Made by a program: the position numbers and the translations under genes
Sequence record: DF238763.1
Length of the DNA stretch: 32,000 nucleotides
Direction: 5' to 3' (one strand)
The notes under the pieces: model-generated
Database searches by the model: none
Told to the model about the DNA's origin: nothing
What the model saw: the letters and a program-made list of their open reading frames with translations, nothing else
Shown here: positions 10,257 to 24,244 of the stretch, in pieces
Layout: every line of letters begins with the position of its first letter
Position numbering within the stretch: the stretch's first letter is position 1

Positions 10257-11048
10257 TCACTTTGGATACGGTACCGTTCGAAAAGATTGAACAAGAGAAT
10301 CAATTGTTTTGTTGTGAATCTCACGTCGGAGCTCTAAAAGGAACAGAAGAAGCACCAAGAGGAAGAACTGGAAAAACAAAGCATTCATAGGTACAAGCAT
10401 TGAGATATGGATTTCTGTTCCAAATTGGGTTATACTTGAGGGCTGATGCAAGGTGTTCCACCAATTTACAGAAAACTTAATAATTGGAATGTTTAATAGC
10501 CCTATGAAAACAAACAGAGGGGCAACGTCAGGAGACCACTTATACAGTAGCATAGCTCCCAAATAAATAAAAAGCAGGATAAGCACTGATGTCAATCGTG
10601 CATCCCACACCCAAAAGGTACCCCACATAGGCTTTCCCCACAATGAACCGGTCAGTAGAGTTAGGCACGTAAATAGGGCACCAATCGCACAAAAAATTCT
10701 TGAGCCGTAAATAAAGATTGGATGCTTGTTAAAAAAAAAGCCAGCACTCGTTAGAGTCAGAAAAAAATAAAGAAGGACGCTCATCCAAGCAGATGGCACA
10801 TGAATAAATAGTATACGATAATTCTCTCCTTGCTGAAAATCGGAAGGCGCAACCCATATACCAAGATAGAGGCCAAGAGCACTTAGGAACAAACATATAT
10901 ACCAAAGAATAGGAACAAGTAGAGCAGAATAGCGCATGATTCGAGATGGTTGAAGAAATGAGACATAAGACTCAGAGCTACCATTTGAAAAAACAGCGTC
11001 ACTTATTAGCGTGGAGTCAGATCGGATAAGATGTGGCTTTTTTAACAT
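10257..11048 (-). CDS. ccmC: Cytochrome c maturation heme-handling protein CcmC
   Basis: Has WGKPMWGTFWVWDARLTSVLIL (the WGxxWxWD heme motif), FIHVPSAWMSV and SVNWWNTLHQPSS. The ORF-track start at 11099 is TTG and the first ATG is at 11048, so the start is uncertain. Confidence 0.88.
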   Translation of the reverse strand: MLKKPHLIRSDSTLISDAVFSNGSSESYVSFLQPSRIMRYSALLVPILWYICLFLSALGLYLGIWVAPSDFQQGENYRILFIHVPSAWMSVLLYFFLTLTSAGFFFNKHPIFIYGSRIFCAIGALFTCLTLLTGSLWGKPMWGTFWVWDARLTSVLILLFIYLGAMLLYKWSPDVAPLFVFIGLLNIPIIKFSVNWWNTLHQPSSITQFGTEIHISMLVPMNALFFQFFLLVLLLFLLELRREIHNKTIDSLVQSFRTVPYPK

Positions 11049-11164
11049 GTGAAAAACATTGTCTACTTTGATGCGGAAAAAAAGAATAAACGTATTCAAT
11101 CAAAAATCAATTGATTTTTTTGAAGTGAGAGACGGCAGTCTGTCTCAATTACCCCCCCAAAAAA

Positions 11165-11358
11165 GGAGAGTGGAATGAGCAAAGAGCCCATACCCTACGG
11201 AGATTGGAGTGAAAAGCCACATTTTTTGAAAGTGTGGAGGGAGCGAAGAGCCTCTCTCTGAAGGGGATTGGAGCGAAGAGCCTCTCCCCGAAGGGGATTG
11301 GAGCGAAGAGAAAAAAGAGTTTTTTTCAGCGCAGCCCAGCCGTGGGTGCCAGCCCTCC
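11165..11358. repeat. Hairpin-repeat cluster (families A and C)
   Basis: ccacattttttgaaagtgtgg followed by two gaagagcctctc-c-gaaggggattggagcgaag units. Confidence 0.8.
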
Positions 11359-11427
11359 AAATCACAAAATCTGCTTTATTGTTTGAAATTTTTATGCGCT
11401 TTGCTTCTTTCTCTTTGTTCACGAGCC

Positions 11428-11503
11428 TGGCGAATAACGGGATTTGAACCCATGTTTCCAGAGTCACAGTCCGGCACTTTGACCAACTAAGTTATACTCG
11501 CCC
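11428..11503 (-). tRNA. trnH: tRNA-His (GUG) with an encoded extra 5' G
   Basis: Minus strand G-GGCGAGT/ATTCGCC acceptor, anticodon loop CTGTGAC, T loop GGTTCAAATCC. Confidence 0.88.
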
Positions 11504-12231
11504 AAAAGGATTTCATAAAATGTTACAATCTCTATGAAGAAATAGGTCGGCAGCAATACAATCAGTTGGCTCCATAAATCAGGTGGTGACAACAATGCTG
11601 CAACACAAATTGATCCGAAAAATATTTTTTTTCTATGAAAGAGTAAAGAATGCTCTTGAAAACGTTGCCCTGTCTTTTGGGCTTTTTGCTTTATAAGCCA
11701 AGCAACAAATAAAGGCAATTGCGAACAGAGTCCAAAAAAGAACATAATACGGAATAATAGCAACGTATAATCGTAAACTTTTGGTTGTAACTCAAAATGT
11801 AACATTGAAATCGATGAACTACATTGCTTTATAAAGAAAGCCCAAATTGTGGGAACAGCAAGCCAATAAGCAAAGACAAACCCTCCAAAAAAAAAAGTAG
11901 CACTCAGAATAAGCCATTGTGTAGCAACGTGCCTTTGCTGCTCTGTGTAACTAGGAATAAAGAAGCACCACATTTGGTAAATAAAAAATGGGGTGTTTAC
12001 GTACAATGAAACAACAAAGCTTACTTTCAAATAAGTCTGAAAAGCTTCCGTCATTTGTGTGCATAAAAATTCGGTTATAACACCACTTGTTTGAATTGGC
12101 AACGCAAAAAAGAAAATGAGTTCTTCGGAATAAGCGTACCCTACGCAACAAGAAAAAAAAAAGCCGGAGATAAACCACCCCAATCGAATTTGGGTCTCTT
12201 TGATTACTTGGTAGAATGCAGATTGATTCAT
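11464..12231 (-). CDS. tatC: Sec-independent (twin-arginine) translocase subunit TatC (mttB/ymf16)
   Basis: A multi-pass membrane ORF of TatC type (FISGFFFSCCVGYAYSEELIFF..., LSPPDLWSQ). The first 39 codons of ORF 11464..12348 are trnS read through, so I chose the ATG at 12231. The last 40 nt overlap trnH. Confidence 0.8.
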   Translation of the reverse strand: MNQSAFYQVIKETQIRLGWFISGFFFSCCVGYAYSEELIFFFALPIQTSGVITEFLCTQMTEAFQTYLKVSFVVSLYVNTPFFIYQMWCFFIPSYTEQQRHVATQWLILSATFFFGGFVFAYWLAVPTIWAFFIKQCSSSISMLHFELQPKVYDYTLLLFRIMFFFGLCSQLPLFVAWLIKQKAQKTGQRFQEHSLLFHRKKIFFGSICVAALLSPPDLWSQLIVLLPTYFFIEIVTFYEILLGEYNLVGQSAGL

Positions 12232-12233
12232 AA

Positions 12234-12321
12234 TGGATGGGGAGGGATTTGAACCCCCGGTATTGCATGACAATACGCCGGTTTTCAAGACCGGTACTTT
12301 CAACCGCTCAGACACCCATCC
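12234..12321 (-). tRNA. trnS: tRNA-Ser (UGA), long variable arm
   Basis: Minus strand GGATGGG/CCCATCC acceptor, anticodon loop CTTGAAA, variable arm stem GTATTG/CAATAC, T loop GGTTCAAATCC. Confidence 0.88.
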
Positions 12322-12466
12322 TAAACGAGTAAGTCTTATGATGAGCATTAAGCCACTCCCGCCAGGAACAGATAGCCCAAGGAATGGTAGAAAAAAGAAT
12401 TTTGTCCATGAACACGGAAAGGAATGGGAAAGCTTTGAAGCAGAGCCTATTCTCGCAGGGGGTTAA

Positions 12467-12815
12467 AGCGAAGAGCCACACTTTTTGAAAGTGTGGCTCT
12501 TCGCTCCCCGAAGGGGATTGGAGCATAGATAAAAAAAACACTTTTTTTTCAGCGAACCAGGGGGCAACAGCCCCATTAGTGACTCTTCGTTCTCCGTAAG
12601 GGATTGGAGTAAAAAAAAAGATTCTTTTATTTCAGCGCAGCCCATTTTCTCTTGGAATTCATTAGTGGCACTGGCGTGCCCCACTTTGTTCCGCTCCCGG
12701 GGGGAGTGATTGAATTCAAAAAAATCTCTTTTTTGATTTCATTCCACTCCCGGGGGGAGTGATTTTATTCAAAAAAATCTCTTTTTTTATTTCATTCGTG
12801 GGCGATCGCCCAAGG
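12467..12815. repeat. Hairpin-repeat cluster (families A, C, D and reverse-oriented family B)
   Basis: agcgaagagccacactttttgaaagtgtggctcttcgct, gggggcaacagcccc, and two cactcccggggggagtg hairpins with aaaaaatctctttttt modules. Confidence 0.85.
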
Positions 12816-13847
12816 AGATGTTTTTTTTTGCTATTCACCGGACTACAGGGATTTCTTTTTTAAGGCTGTTTATGCTCATACGCTTATGAAACTCCTTTTT
12901 TTTTGCTATGCCTACACTACTCGTTTTTTAAATATGGCCAACTCGTTTTGTTTTGAAAATATCCAGAGCACGTTGGGTTGAAGTTCTTCTCCATAAAAGA
13001 TTTGCAAACAGTGCCCGAGTCTTATTTTAGATGAATATAAGAAAAACCAGAGTTTACGCGAAGGCTAGAAATGTACACGAATACATCAATGATATTAGGA
13101 GCGCTGTTTTCTTGAAAAAGGAAAATCGGATGATGATTCTCAATCATTCAAAGCAGAAAGGTGTTATTCCACAAAGGCTGCAACCCTTCAAAAATGCAAA
13201 AAAGAGAAAAATGGATACAGTTCTACTCAATCAAATGGTAAGCAATTGTACCAAAGTAAAGTATTGTCTTTCTTTTGAAAGATTCTGAGTTTTCAAATGC
13301 AATTATATGCAGACCAGCCCATGTGGTAGATCACCCGTTCGCCCATACTTTGAGCCATCAGGCAAGAGCGTGTTCAATCGATTGTCTCTAGCTCCGATAG
13401 AAAAAAAAGCTCTTTATCTTATTCAAATTTTTGCGTATTATCGCTCATACTTTTTTTTAACAACCTCGAAAATTCTGCTCCACATTCTATAGCTCTTTGG
13501 CTTTGAATATATTAAAAGAAGGTGCTTGAATGAGCAACTAGCGTTTTCACTCTATTGAAAAAACAAAAGCTAAAAATAAAAAAGAAACAAAGAGCTAGGA
13601 TCCCTCGATTCCCATTTTTAATCAGTTGTTTCATAAAAAAAATGAGCACAGCGAGTTGCTGTGGTGTACACTTTCCGTTTTGCTTCACTGGTAAGGCTAC
13701 CGCCCTTGTTGTGCGGAAAAAAAGTTTTTTTGGCTTAGTTACTGTCTTTTCGCTCTCCATACGGAAGTGGAGGTACTGCACAGTAATTCGTACCACTCTT
13801 TAATCTTTAAAGGAACAGAGTCACTATCCCCATCACTATCCCTAAAA

Positions 13848-14075
13848 GGGAGTGGAATGAAATCACTCCCTCCCCGGGAGTGGAATGAAATAAAAAAAAA
13901 AGATTTTTTTGAATTCAATCACTCCCTCCCCGGGAGTGGAATGAAATAAAAAAAAGATTTTTTTGAATGAAATGGGGGGCGCTAGCCCCACTAACAGAGT
14001 GACTCGCACTCCCCTACAGGGATCTTCGCTCCCGGGAGGGAGGGGGAGTGGCTTTCTGCCAGTGGCGCCGTTGCC
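13848..14075. repeat. Hairpin-repeat cluster (families B and D)
   Basis: gggagtggaatgaaatcactccctccccgggagtggaatgaaat...; the segment 13966-14038 matches 8147-8219. Confidence 0.85.
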
Positions 14076-14117
14076 CCTCTCTCTTCGTTTTGTTGTTCAA
14101 ATGGTGTGACCAAGTGC

Positions 14118-14423
14118 TTACCCTTTCATTAAATGAATAAATTCAACCGCAATTGTGCCTCGAATTCTGTAGTAAACAACAAGAATTGCTAGGCCGATTG
14201 CAGACTCTGCCGCTGCGACTGTTAAAACCAGAAGAGCAAAAATTTGACCCATCATATCGTCTAAGCACACAGAAAACACTAATAAGTTTAGATTGACCGC
14301 AAGGAGCATAAGCTCAATTGACATTAACATAATTATAATGTTTTTTCGATTTAAAAAGATGCCCCATATGCCTAAAAGGAACAAAATCATAGAAACGGTT
14401 AAATATTTTACTTCTTGAATCAT
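14118..14423 (-). CDS. nad4L: NADH dehydrogenase subunit 4L
   Basis: [64 protein letters not shown] is the plant-type NAD4L sequence. The first ATG is at 14423; the ORF-track start at 14450 is TTG. Confidence 0.93.
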   Translation of the reverse strand: MIQEVKYLTVSMILFLLGIWGIFLNRKNIIIMLMSIELMLLAVNLNLLVFSVCLDDMMGQIFALLVLTVAAAESAIGLAILVVYYRIRGTIAVEFIHLMKG

Positions 14424-15009
14424 TTTTTGAATTTGAATGAATTGTTTCAAAAATGCAAAGCCGATGCGTTGCTTTTAAGCCTTGAATCATTTGCATTGTT
14501 ATTCTCGAGCCCTCCCTGTTGAAATTGGTTCGTTTGGTATGGTGAATAGAAGAAAAAAGAGGGGGGGGAGAGGGCAAGTCGGTCGCTCTTTAAGCGAAAA
14601 TGCCTGCTATGGCTATTAGAGTCAACGAAGTTGCAATTGTGTTGCTAAAGACAGCGCTTTTTTTCAAAAGAAATTGGCGACGACCTATTCGTTTGTTTCT
14701 TTATCACTTTTTTTTTCAGTAAAAGCAACTGAAATTTTCAGGTGCATTAACTCTCTCTAATGCAAGAATTGTTTGTCTTTTTAATAAAGAAAACAAAACA
14801 GTCATCTTTTTACTCCTTTTTTTAATACATTTCAAAGCGAAGTGCCGTACGAGAAGAGTGGGACGGAGTCGTGATCAGTCTGCCAATTGGCAAAGATCAA
14901 AAGTACGGTTGAAACGGGAAGCGTAAAGCCTACCCCATAGAAGATTGGAGTAACAGCTCGTTCTCTTTTTTCAGCTGAGCAGGGGTCGATAGCCCCACTA
15001 AAAAAGCAC

Positions 15010-15276
15010 TCAAGGCAACAATAAAAGAATAAAAAAATCTTTCATTGCAATTAAAATTACGACCTGTATTAAGGTGCCGACAAAAACACGTGTCACTGAA
15101 TTATGTACATAGTCTGCTAAAATTTCAGAAATTCCTATGTGTGCGTGCCAGAACATTGCAATATTCAGAACAATCAAGCTACTTGGGGTAGCTGAAAGAA
15201 AGGTTGGTATTAATAAGATGGCAGTACTTCTTTGAAGAAGCCAATGTGTTAGAGGTTCTTTATTGATTCTTGTCAT
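15010..15276 (-). CDS. sdh4: Succinate dehydrogenase subunit 4
   Basis: An 88-aa ORF with HWLLQRSTAILLIP and HAHIGISEILADYVHN (SDH4 heme/quinone motifs). It lies 14 nt downstream of sdh3. Confidence 0.8.
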   Translation of the reverse strand: MTRINKEPLTHWLLQRSTAILLIPTFLSATPSSLIVLNIAMFWHAHIGISEILADYVHNSVTRVFVGTLIQVVILIAMKDFFILLLLP

Positions 15277-15290
15277 AATAGCAATAAGGT

Positions 15291-15686
15291 TTATGATGCA
15301 TAAAATCGAAGGAAGTTAATGGCTGCTAGGCTTGCAGAACACGCTAACATAATAAAAGCAGAGGTATAAATCTTGTTTAGGTCTAGAAACAGCCCCATAT
15401 CCCACAAAAGATGGCGAATCCCGTTACTCATATGATAGCAGAGCGCAAAAAAAGCAAGTATTAATGCAGCAAAAACAAGCCAATCCAATTTAGAACACAA
15501 AAGAAAAGCAAACCAATAAACAGGGTAAGTATTGAAATGAGTCGCGCTCAGTTTTAAAGCAAAAATTCCACCAATAGCTGTAGTTGCCAAAACTACACCC
15601 GAAATTCTATGAAAAATAGAAAGTACTGAGGTTAGTTGTGGTCTGTAAACGGTTAAATGAGGTGATAATGGTCGATTGATTCTCAT
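15291..15686 (-). CDS. sdh3: Succinate dehydrogenase subunit 3 (cytochrome b560)
   Basis: N-terminus MRINRPLSPHLTVYRPQLTSVLSIFHRISGV is the canonical SDH3 start. Later HMSNGIRHLLWD is present. Confidence 0.85.
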   Translation of the reverse strand: MRINRPLSPHLTVYRPQLTSVLSIFHRISGVVLATTAIGGIFALKLSATHFNTYPVYWFAFLLCSKLDWLVFAALILAFFALCYHMSNGIRHLLWDMGLFLDLNKIYTSAFIMLACSASLAAINFLRFYAS

Positions 15687-16064
15687 TAGCTTATTAATAA
15701 ATCAAAAAAAAAGGGCCTACCACAAAAAAAACTGCAAAGAATAAAAGTGGGCAATGGTACTCTCCCCTATCGAGAACCCTTATGAATAGAGAAGGTTACT
15801 AAAGCGCAAAAGGATGGAAAGTCTTTTTTTTGCTTTACTCCAATCCTCTTCGGGGAGTGGAGCGGGGCAGGGGGCAATAGCCCCCCATCAGTGATTTCAT
15901 TTGAATGGCTCTTCACTCCTTTTTAGCAAAAAGTCTTGATTCTGGTCTCTCAAAAGCTATTTTTTTGATTGTATTGGACGGGCTACTAGCACACACTGCA
16001 TTTTTTGAATCCTCCCCGCATACTAACACTCGACGTACTCGCTTGTTATTCCTTAAGTATTCAC

Positions 16065-16138
16065 TCAGGGTGACAGGATTTGAACCTATGACATTCTGTT
16101 CCCAAAACAGACGCGCTACCAGGCTGCGCTACACCCCG
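16065..16138 (-). tRNA. trnP: tRNA-Pro (UGG)
   Basis: Minus strand CGGGGTG/CACCCTG acceptor (C1-G72), anticodon loop TTTGGGA, T loop GGTTCAAATCC. Confidence 0.88.
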
Positions 16139-16162
16139 CATTGTGAGTAAGATTTGAGTGCT

Positions 16163-16236
16163 TGCACTCTACAGGGCTCGAACCTGTGACAACTAACTTA
16201 GAAGGTTATCGCTCTATCCATCTGAGCTAAGAATGC
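16163..16236 (-). tRNA. trnR: tRNA-Arg (UCU)
   Basis: Minus strand GCATTCT/AGAGTGC acceptor, D arm GCTCAGATGGATAGAGC, anticodon loop CTTCTAA, T arm ACAGG-TTCGAGC-CCTGT. Confidence 0.85.
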
Positions 16237-16348
16237 AAAAAAAAGAGTATGCTAATTTTCTTTCAGTTTTGAACCGATTTGAACAAAAGCGATAATGATA
16301 AGTAAAACACTTTAAAAGAGTTATAAAAGAGAACATTGGCCTTTGCTT

Positions 16349-16431
16349 TGGGAGAAAAGGGATTCGAACCCCTGTAGAATCACTTCAATAGATTTACAGT
16401 CTATCGCCTTTAGCCGCTCAGCCATTCTCCC
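16349..16431 (-). tRNA. trnY: tRNA-Tyr (GUA), long variable arm
   Basis: Minus strand GGGAGAA/TTCTCCC acceptor, anticodon loop CTGTAAA, T loop GGTTCGAATCC. Confidence 0.88.
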
Positions 16432-16689
16432 CTTTTTATTGAATAGCGCAAGCACTGTCCAGACGAGTAAAATCTTTTCTTTTTCTTCGCTCCAATCCCT
16501 TTCGGGGAGTGGCTCTTTGCTTCCCGTAGCGAATTGGAAAAAAGTGTGGAAAGTATGAAATAGGAGATACGAATCTCTTAATAGTACTATCGTTTGGTAC
16601 CCCTGGCTAGGCTGAAAAAAAAAGGTTTTTTTGAGAAAAGAGGCCGTTGCTTATACTAGCACTTAAGCTTGCGCTCTTCTTAAGACATA

Positions 16690-16760
16690 AGCGGGCAACG
16701 GGAATCGAACCCATATCTTCTGCTTGGAAGGCAGATCATTTACCATTAATATATGCCCGC
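16690..16760 (-). tRNA. trnG: tRNA-Gly (UCC)
   Basis: Minus strand GCGGGCA/TGCCCGC acceptor, anticodon stem-loop TCTGC-CTTCCAA-GCAGA, T loop GGTTCGATTCC. Confidence 0.88.
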
Positions 16761-16856
16761 ATTTGTGTGAAAATTCAAAAAGTTGTTTTAGAAAGGGGCA
16801 AAGCGTACTTTGTTAAAATCAAAAAACCTAGCCTCAACATTGCTTTAACTATTTGA

Positions 16857-17348
16857 TTAGTCTTTTATTGCTTGATTTGCGCTCATTTCAGTTGTTGGAG
16901 CAGTTTCTTTAATTGTAGGGATTTCTACATAAGTATGGAAAGCTGGAGGGCTTGGCATCATCCACTCTAAAGTGGTTGAAATGCGCTCTGACAGCCAAGG
17001 AGATGCACCACATTTTTGATCACTGGTCAATGTAACGTAAACGGCATAAAAGAATACAAACATTCCTGCGATTGAAACATAAGAACCAAAGCTACACAGT
17101 GCATTCCATCCTGCGAAAGCATCGGCATAGTCTGGAATTCGGCGAGGCATGCCAGCTAGACCAAGAAAGTGCATAGGGAAGAATGTCAAATTGACCCCAA
17201 TGAACGTTATCCAAAAGTGAATTTGTCCTAGGGTTTCCGGATATTGCAAGCCTGAAATCTTTCCAATCCAGTAGTAAAATCCTGCAAACAAAGCAAATAC
17301 AGCTCCCATTGAAAGAACATAGTGAAAGTGCGCCACAACATAGTAAGT
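16857..17348 (-). CDS. cox1: cox1 terminal exon ([17 protein letters not shown] ... stop)
   Basis: The translation continues the COX1 sequence exactly after ...ALHD. The upstream intron ends in G at 17349. Confidence 0.9.
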   Translation of the reverse strand, partial: TYYVVAHFHYVLSMGAVFALFAGFYYWIGKISGLQYPETLGQIHFWITFIGVNLTFFPMHFLGLAGMPRRIPDYADAFAGWNALCSFGSYVSIAGMFVFFYAVYVTLTSDQKCGASPWLSERISTTLEWMMPSPPAFHTYVEIPTIKETAPTTEMSANQAIKD

Positions 17349-17518
17349 CTTGTTTCAAACTCGCTTTACAGCGAGGATCGGGCTCTATCTTATCGACTCA
17401 TCTCACTCAAGAGATTTTTGACTGCCACGTAGAGCCTCCACAGATCCTACTAACAATACGTACAAGAAAAAAGAAAGTCAAAAAAAGATTACTAGGGGGA
17501 GACGAAGGTATTTTAAAA

Positions 17519-17815
17519 GGAGTGGAATGAAATCACTCCCTCCCCGGGAGTGGAATGAAATAAAAAAAAAGATTTTTTTGAATGAAATCACTCCCTCCCC
17601 GGGAGTGGAATGAAATCACTCCCTCCCCGGGAGTGGAATGAAATCAAAAAAGAGATTTTTTTGAATGAAATCACTTCCTCCCCGGGAGTGGAACGAAGTG
17701 AGAGAGACAAGTCTTTGCAATGTCTTGTTCAAAAAACAATGGTTTTTATTTCATTTGACATACGTTAGCCTCCCACTGCGTTCCACTCCCGGGGGGGAGT
17801 GATTTCATTCCACTC
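17519..17815. repeat. Family B hairpin modules inside the cox1 intron: four forward copies plus one reverse copy at 17781-17815
   Basis: gaatgaaatcactccctccccgggagtg repeats alternate with (c/t)aaaaaa...gatttttttg palindromes. Confidence 0.9.
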
Positions 17816-18227
17816 TTTTTAAGAGTGACTGCGTTCGTTTTTTACTAGGTTTTTGCTTTTTTTTACGAAAAGAATATGCTTTTTTTGAGCACAGCCACTT
17901 TTGTTTGCAACCCTTTTGTTCTATTTTTTGATTGTTTTTTTTATACGTACAGCTTTGGTTTCCACGGTATTGTCTTATTCCTCGTTGTGGTAGGAAGGGA
18001 GAAAAAAGAAATGAACCAATGAAATGGAAGGTGCTAACCTCACTAAGAGCCTTTTTCCGTAGGGGATTGAGTTCTTCACTGCGTTCTGTCTTTTTTAAAA
18101 AATTGACGCTCTGCCTTTCTTTTGCGCGGTTGCGTGAAAGAGTTCAATATATTCTCTCTTCCTTGAGAGCTACTTGCAATGCCATTGCTCATTGGCAAGA
18201 ATAAGATTTCACCGTTAGCAGCATAGG

Positions 18228-18345
18228 AACGAAGAACCACTCTCCGTAGGGGATTGGAGCGAAAAGCCACACTTTCTAAAAGTGTGGAGCGAAGCGGGGA
18301 GCGCGAGCCCCGCTAGCGAAGAGCCTATTCCCTCCGGGGATAGGT
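18228..18345. repeat. Hairpin-repeat cluster (families A, C, D) inside the cox1 intron
   Basis: ggattggagcgaaaagccacactttctaaaagtgtggagcgaagcggggagcgcgagccccgct. Confidence 0.8.
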
Positions 18346-18563
18346 TTTATGCTACCGGAATAATAAAAGGTAGAAAAGGTCATGGGATAATCATTGAAAG
18401 CCAGCAAAAAACTCGTGTTTTTTTTTGCGTTCTACGTTAACCCTCCTAAAACAATTGATTGATTGTTTGAAGGAAGGAGCGAACGTCTTACAGTGACTCT
18501 TACGGTCTGATGCCGTCCCAGCGAAGCCTTTTCAAATTCCATAGTGGCAAGACAACACGACAC

Positions 18564-22511
<3,948 letters not shown>

Positions 22512-22690
22512 CAAAATTTTTTGGTGAGCGCCACTGCTTTGCAGTTGCTCTATATTCCCTATTAGCATTTTTTGAAAGATGCTGCAGGCAAAAAGAGATA
22601 GACACCGACCTTGAGCAAAAAAACCAAGCTTGAGGGGGACACAAAGTGAAAAAAGCAAGACGCAAAAAAAGAATCTTTTTTGCTGCCTTT

Positions 22691-22910
22691 TGCTCCAATC
22701 TCCTCCGGAGAGAGGCTCTGGGCTCCAATCTCCTCCGGAGAGAGGCTCTGGGCTCCAATCTCCTTCGGAGAGAGGCTCTTTGCTTCAATATTTGTTGGTA
22801 GGGTGGTCACCCTCCATTTGGAGCCCAGAGCCTCTCTCCGGAGGAGATTGGAGCCCAGAGCCTCTCTCCGGAGGAGATTGGAGCCCAGAGCCTCTCTCCG
22901 GAGGAGATTG
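22691..22910. repeat. Inverted pair of 3-copy 30-bp tandem arrays (a long potential hairpin or cruciform)
   Basis: The left arm is gctccaatctcctccggagagaggctctgg x3 (22691-22780; the third copy is slightly diverged). The right arm is its reverse complement x3 (22821-22910). The spacer is about 40 bp. Confidence 0.92.
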
Positions 22911-23032
22911 GTTTTTTTTCGGGGGCGAAAAGTTGGCCTGATTGGCTATTCGTTCCTGCCGAATGCCTAGTTTTTCAACAGCCTCATCCGGTTTTCAGCC
23001 CAAGGCGTGCCTAGACTCACACACACCCGCTT

Positions 23033-24244
23033 TCACAGGTGATAGGACTGTATCTTCACGCTTTGTTCTTCTCTGCTATCCCTATCTTCTGTAGGCAAAG
23101 AAAGCCCCTCGTTTTTGATTGCTTTAAGCCGTTGAATTCTAGATTGAATTCCTTTTATGAGGTTCACACCATAAGGTGATAGATGACGCTTCTCCTGTAT
23201 TATGAGAAAGGCACGGCGCCATAAGACGTATTGAGTGTACTTTGGTCCTATTAATTGGTACTGGTCTAGGTAATGGAGAAGTTTGCTAGCCGATCGAAAG
23301 CTTACTGTGCTATAATAATACGTATCCAAAGGCTTTCGATGGCCTATATAGCCCCCTATAGCTTCTTGGATTGGTTCTAGTAAGGTCTTATATTTTTGAT
23401 CCACTTTGCATTCAAGCCGTATCTCGGGAAAGGGGCGTAGGGTGGAGCGAAAAGCTCTTCCAATCCCCTTCGGGGAGTGGCTCTTCGTTCCTCGTAGGGG
23501 AATGGAGCCCCCTCCTTTAGAGAAAGAGAGGGCACTGCCCTCAATCGTAGCTTTTCCTCGTTGAAAAAGAACACGAATAGCAAAGCTACCGTCGCCAAGA
23601 ATAAAACCAGCAAGCCAGTGATTGCTTAAGATCGGCAAAGGCTGAAAGCTTGTATGTTTCAGCCCGTATGATTGAGCCAAACGTGTATTATATTGACGGA
23701 TCTTGTTTGGGTGCCGAAGCTTATTATGAACAAGCTCTGCAACCTTTCGCAAGCCATCTGAATGCGCTAATACATATGTATAGGCTTGTTTCGCTTTGAC
23801 TTTCCTGACAGAGCCATAGCCTATAACAGACTTTATCCAATAAGCACATCTCACCTCAGAAGAGTGAAACGCAATGACTAATTGGGGTTGTTTATTGATA
23901 TGCCCATCACTATCAATTAAGCCCGCTAAAAAGAATCCTAATTGTATTGTATCGTTGGGCTGAAGGGGCTTGTGCTTTGGCCTATGGGCTGAAAGATAAG
24001 AACGCACGTGAAGCAAGCAATAACTCTTTTGTGCTTGAATGCGTGTTCTGCATGCAGTCTCTGAGGATCCCCAAATCATCAAATCACGAATAGCAAAGCA
24101 GGGAGTGACAGTTGGCTCGGCTCTCCCGCGAGCCAAGTCACTGCCCACTCCCCTTCGGCAGCGATCTCTTTTTACTCCCTGTCGGGAGCCAAGAGCCACT
24201 TGATATTTGAAATTTTTAGACTTTTTTTGGAAAGCTTGATACAT
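23033..24244 (-). CDS. Double-motif LAGLIDADG homing endonuclease carrying an in-frame repeat insertion
   Basis: Motifs FLAGLIDSDGHINK and WLAGFILGDGSFAI. The segment ...[21 protein letters not shown]... is encoded by a family C hairpin repeat at about 23443-23509. The N-terminal part overlaps the intron core, so the start is uncertain. Confidence 0.75.
   Translation of the reverse strand: MYQAFQKKSKNFKYQVALGSRQGVKRDRCRRGVGSDLARGRAEPTVTPCFAIRDLMIWGSSETACRTRIQAQKSYCLLHVRSYLSAHRPKHKPLQPNDTIQLGFFLAGLIDSDGHINKQPQLVIAFHSSEVRCAYWIKSVIGYGSVRKVKAKQAYTYVLAHSDGLRKVAELVHNKLRHPNKIRQYNTRLAQSYGLKHTSFQPLPILSNHWLAGFILGDGSFAIRVLFQRGKATIEGSALSFSKGGGSIPLRGTKSHSPKGIGRAFRSTLRPFPEIRLECKVDQKYKTLLEPIQEAIGGYIGHRKPLDTYYYSTVSFRSASKLLHYLDQYQLIGPKYTQYVLWRRAFLIIQEKRHLSPYGVNLIKGIQSRIQRLKAIKNEGLSLPTEDRDSREEQSVKIQSYHL

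Noticed and set aside
12232-12348. N-terminal extension of the tatC ORF (MLIIRLTRLGWVSERLK...), plus the nad4 (4462..4557) and nad4L (14424..14450) extensions
   Set aside because: The tatC extension is trnS read as protein. The nad4 and nad4L extensions precede the point where homology starts, and the nad4L one begins at a TTG.
13290-13400. A possible tRNA suggested by a GTTCAATCG motif
   Set aside because: No acceptor or T-stem pairing can be drawn around it.
14830-14940. A possible 5S rRNA, because of a GTACGAGAAGAGTGGGAC stretch resembling the 5S helix IV/V region
   Set aside because: I could find no complementary 5'/3' helix I and no CCGAAC-type loop C motif upstream. The upstream sequence is an A/T-rich run.
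15905-16856. ORFs 15905..16150, 16343..16558 and 16647..16856 (also 12233..12466)
   Set aside because: Each runs antisense through a clear tRNA gene (trnP, trnY, trnG, trnS). They show no coding features.
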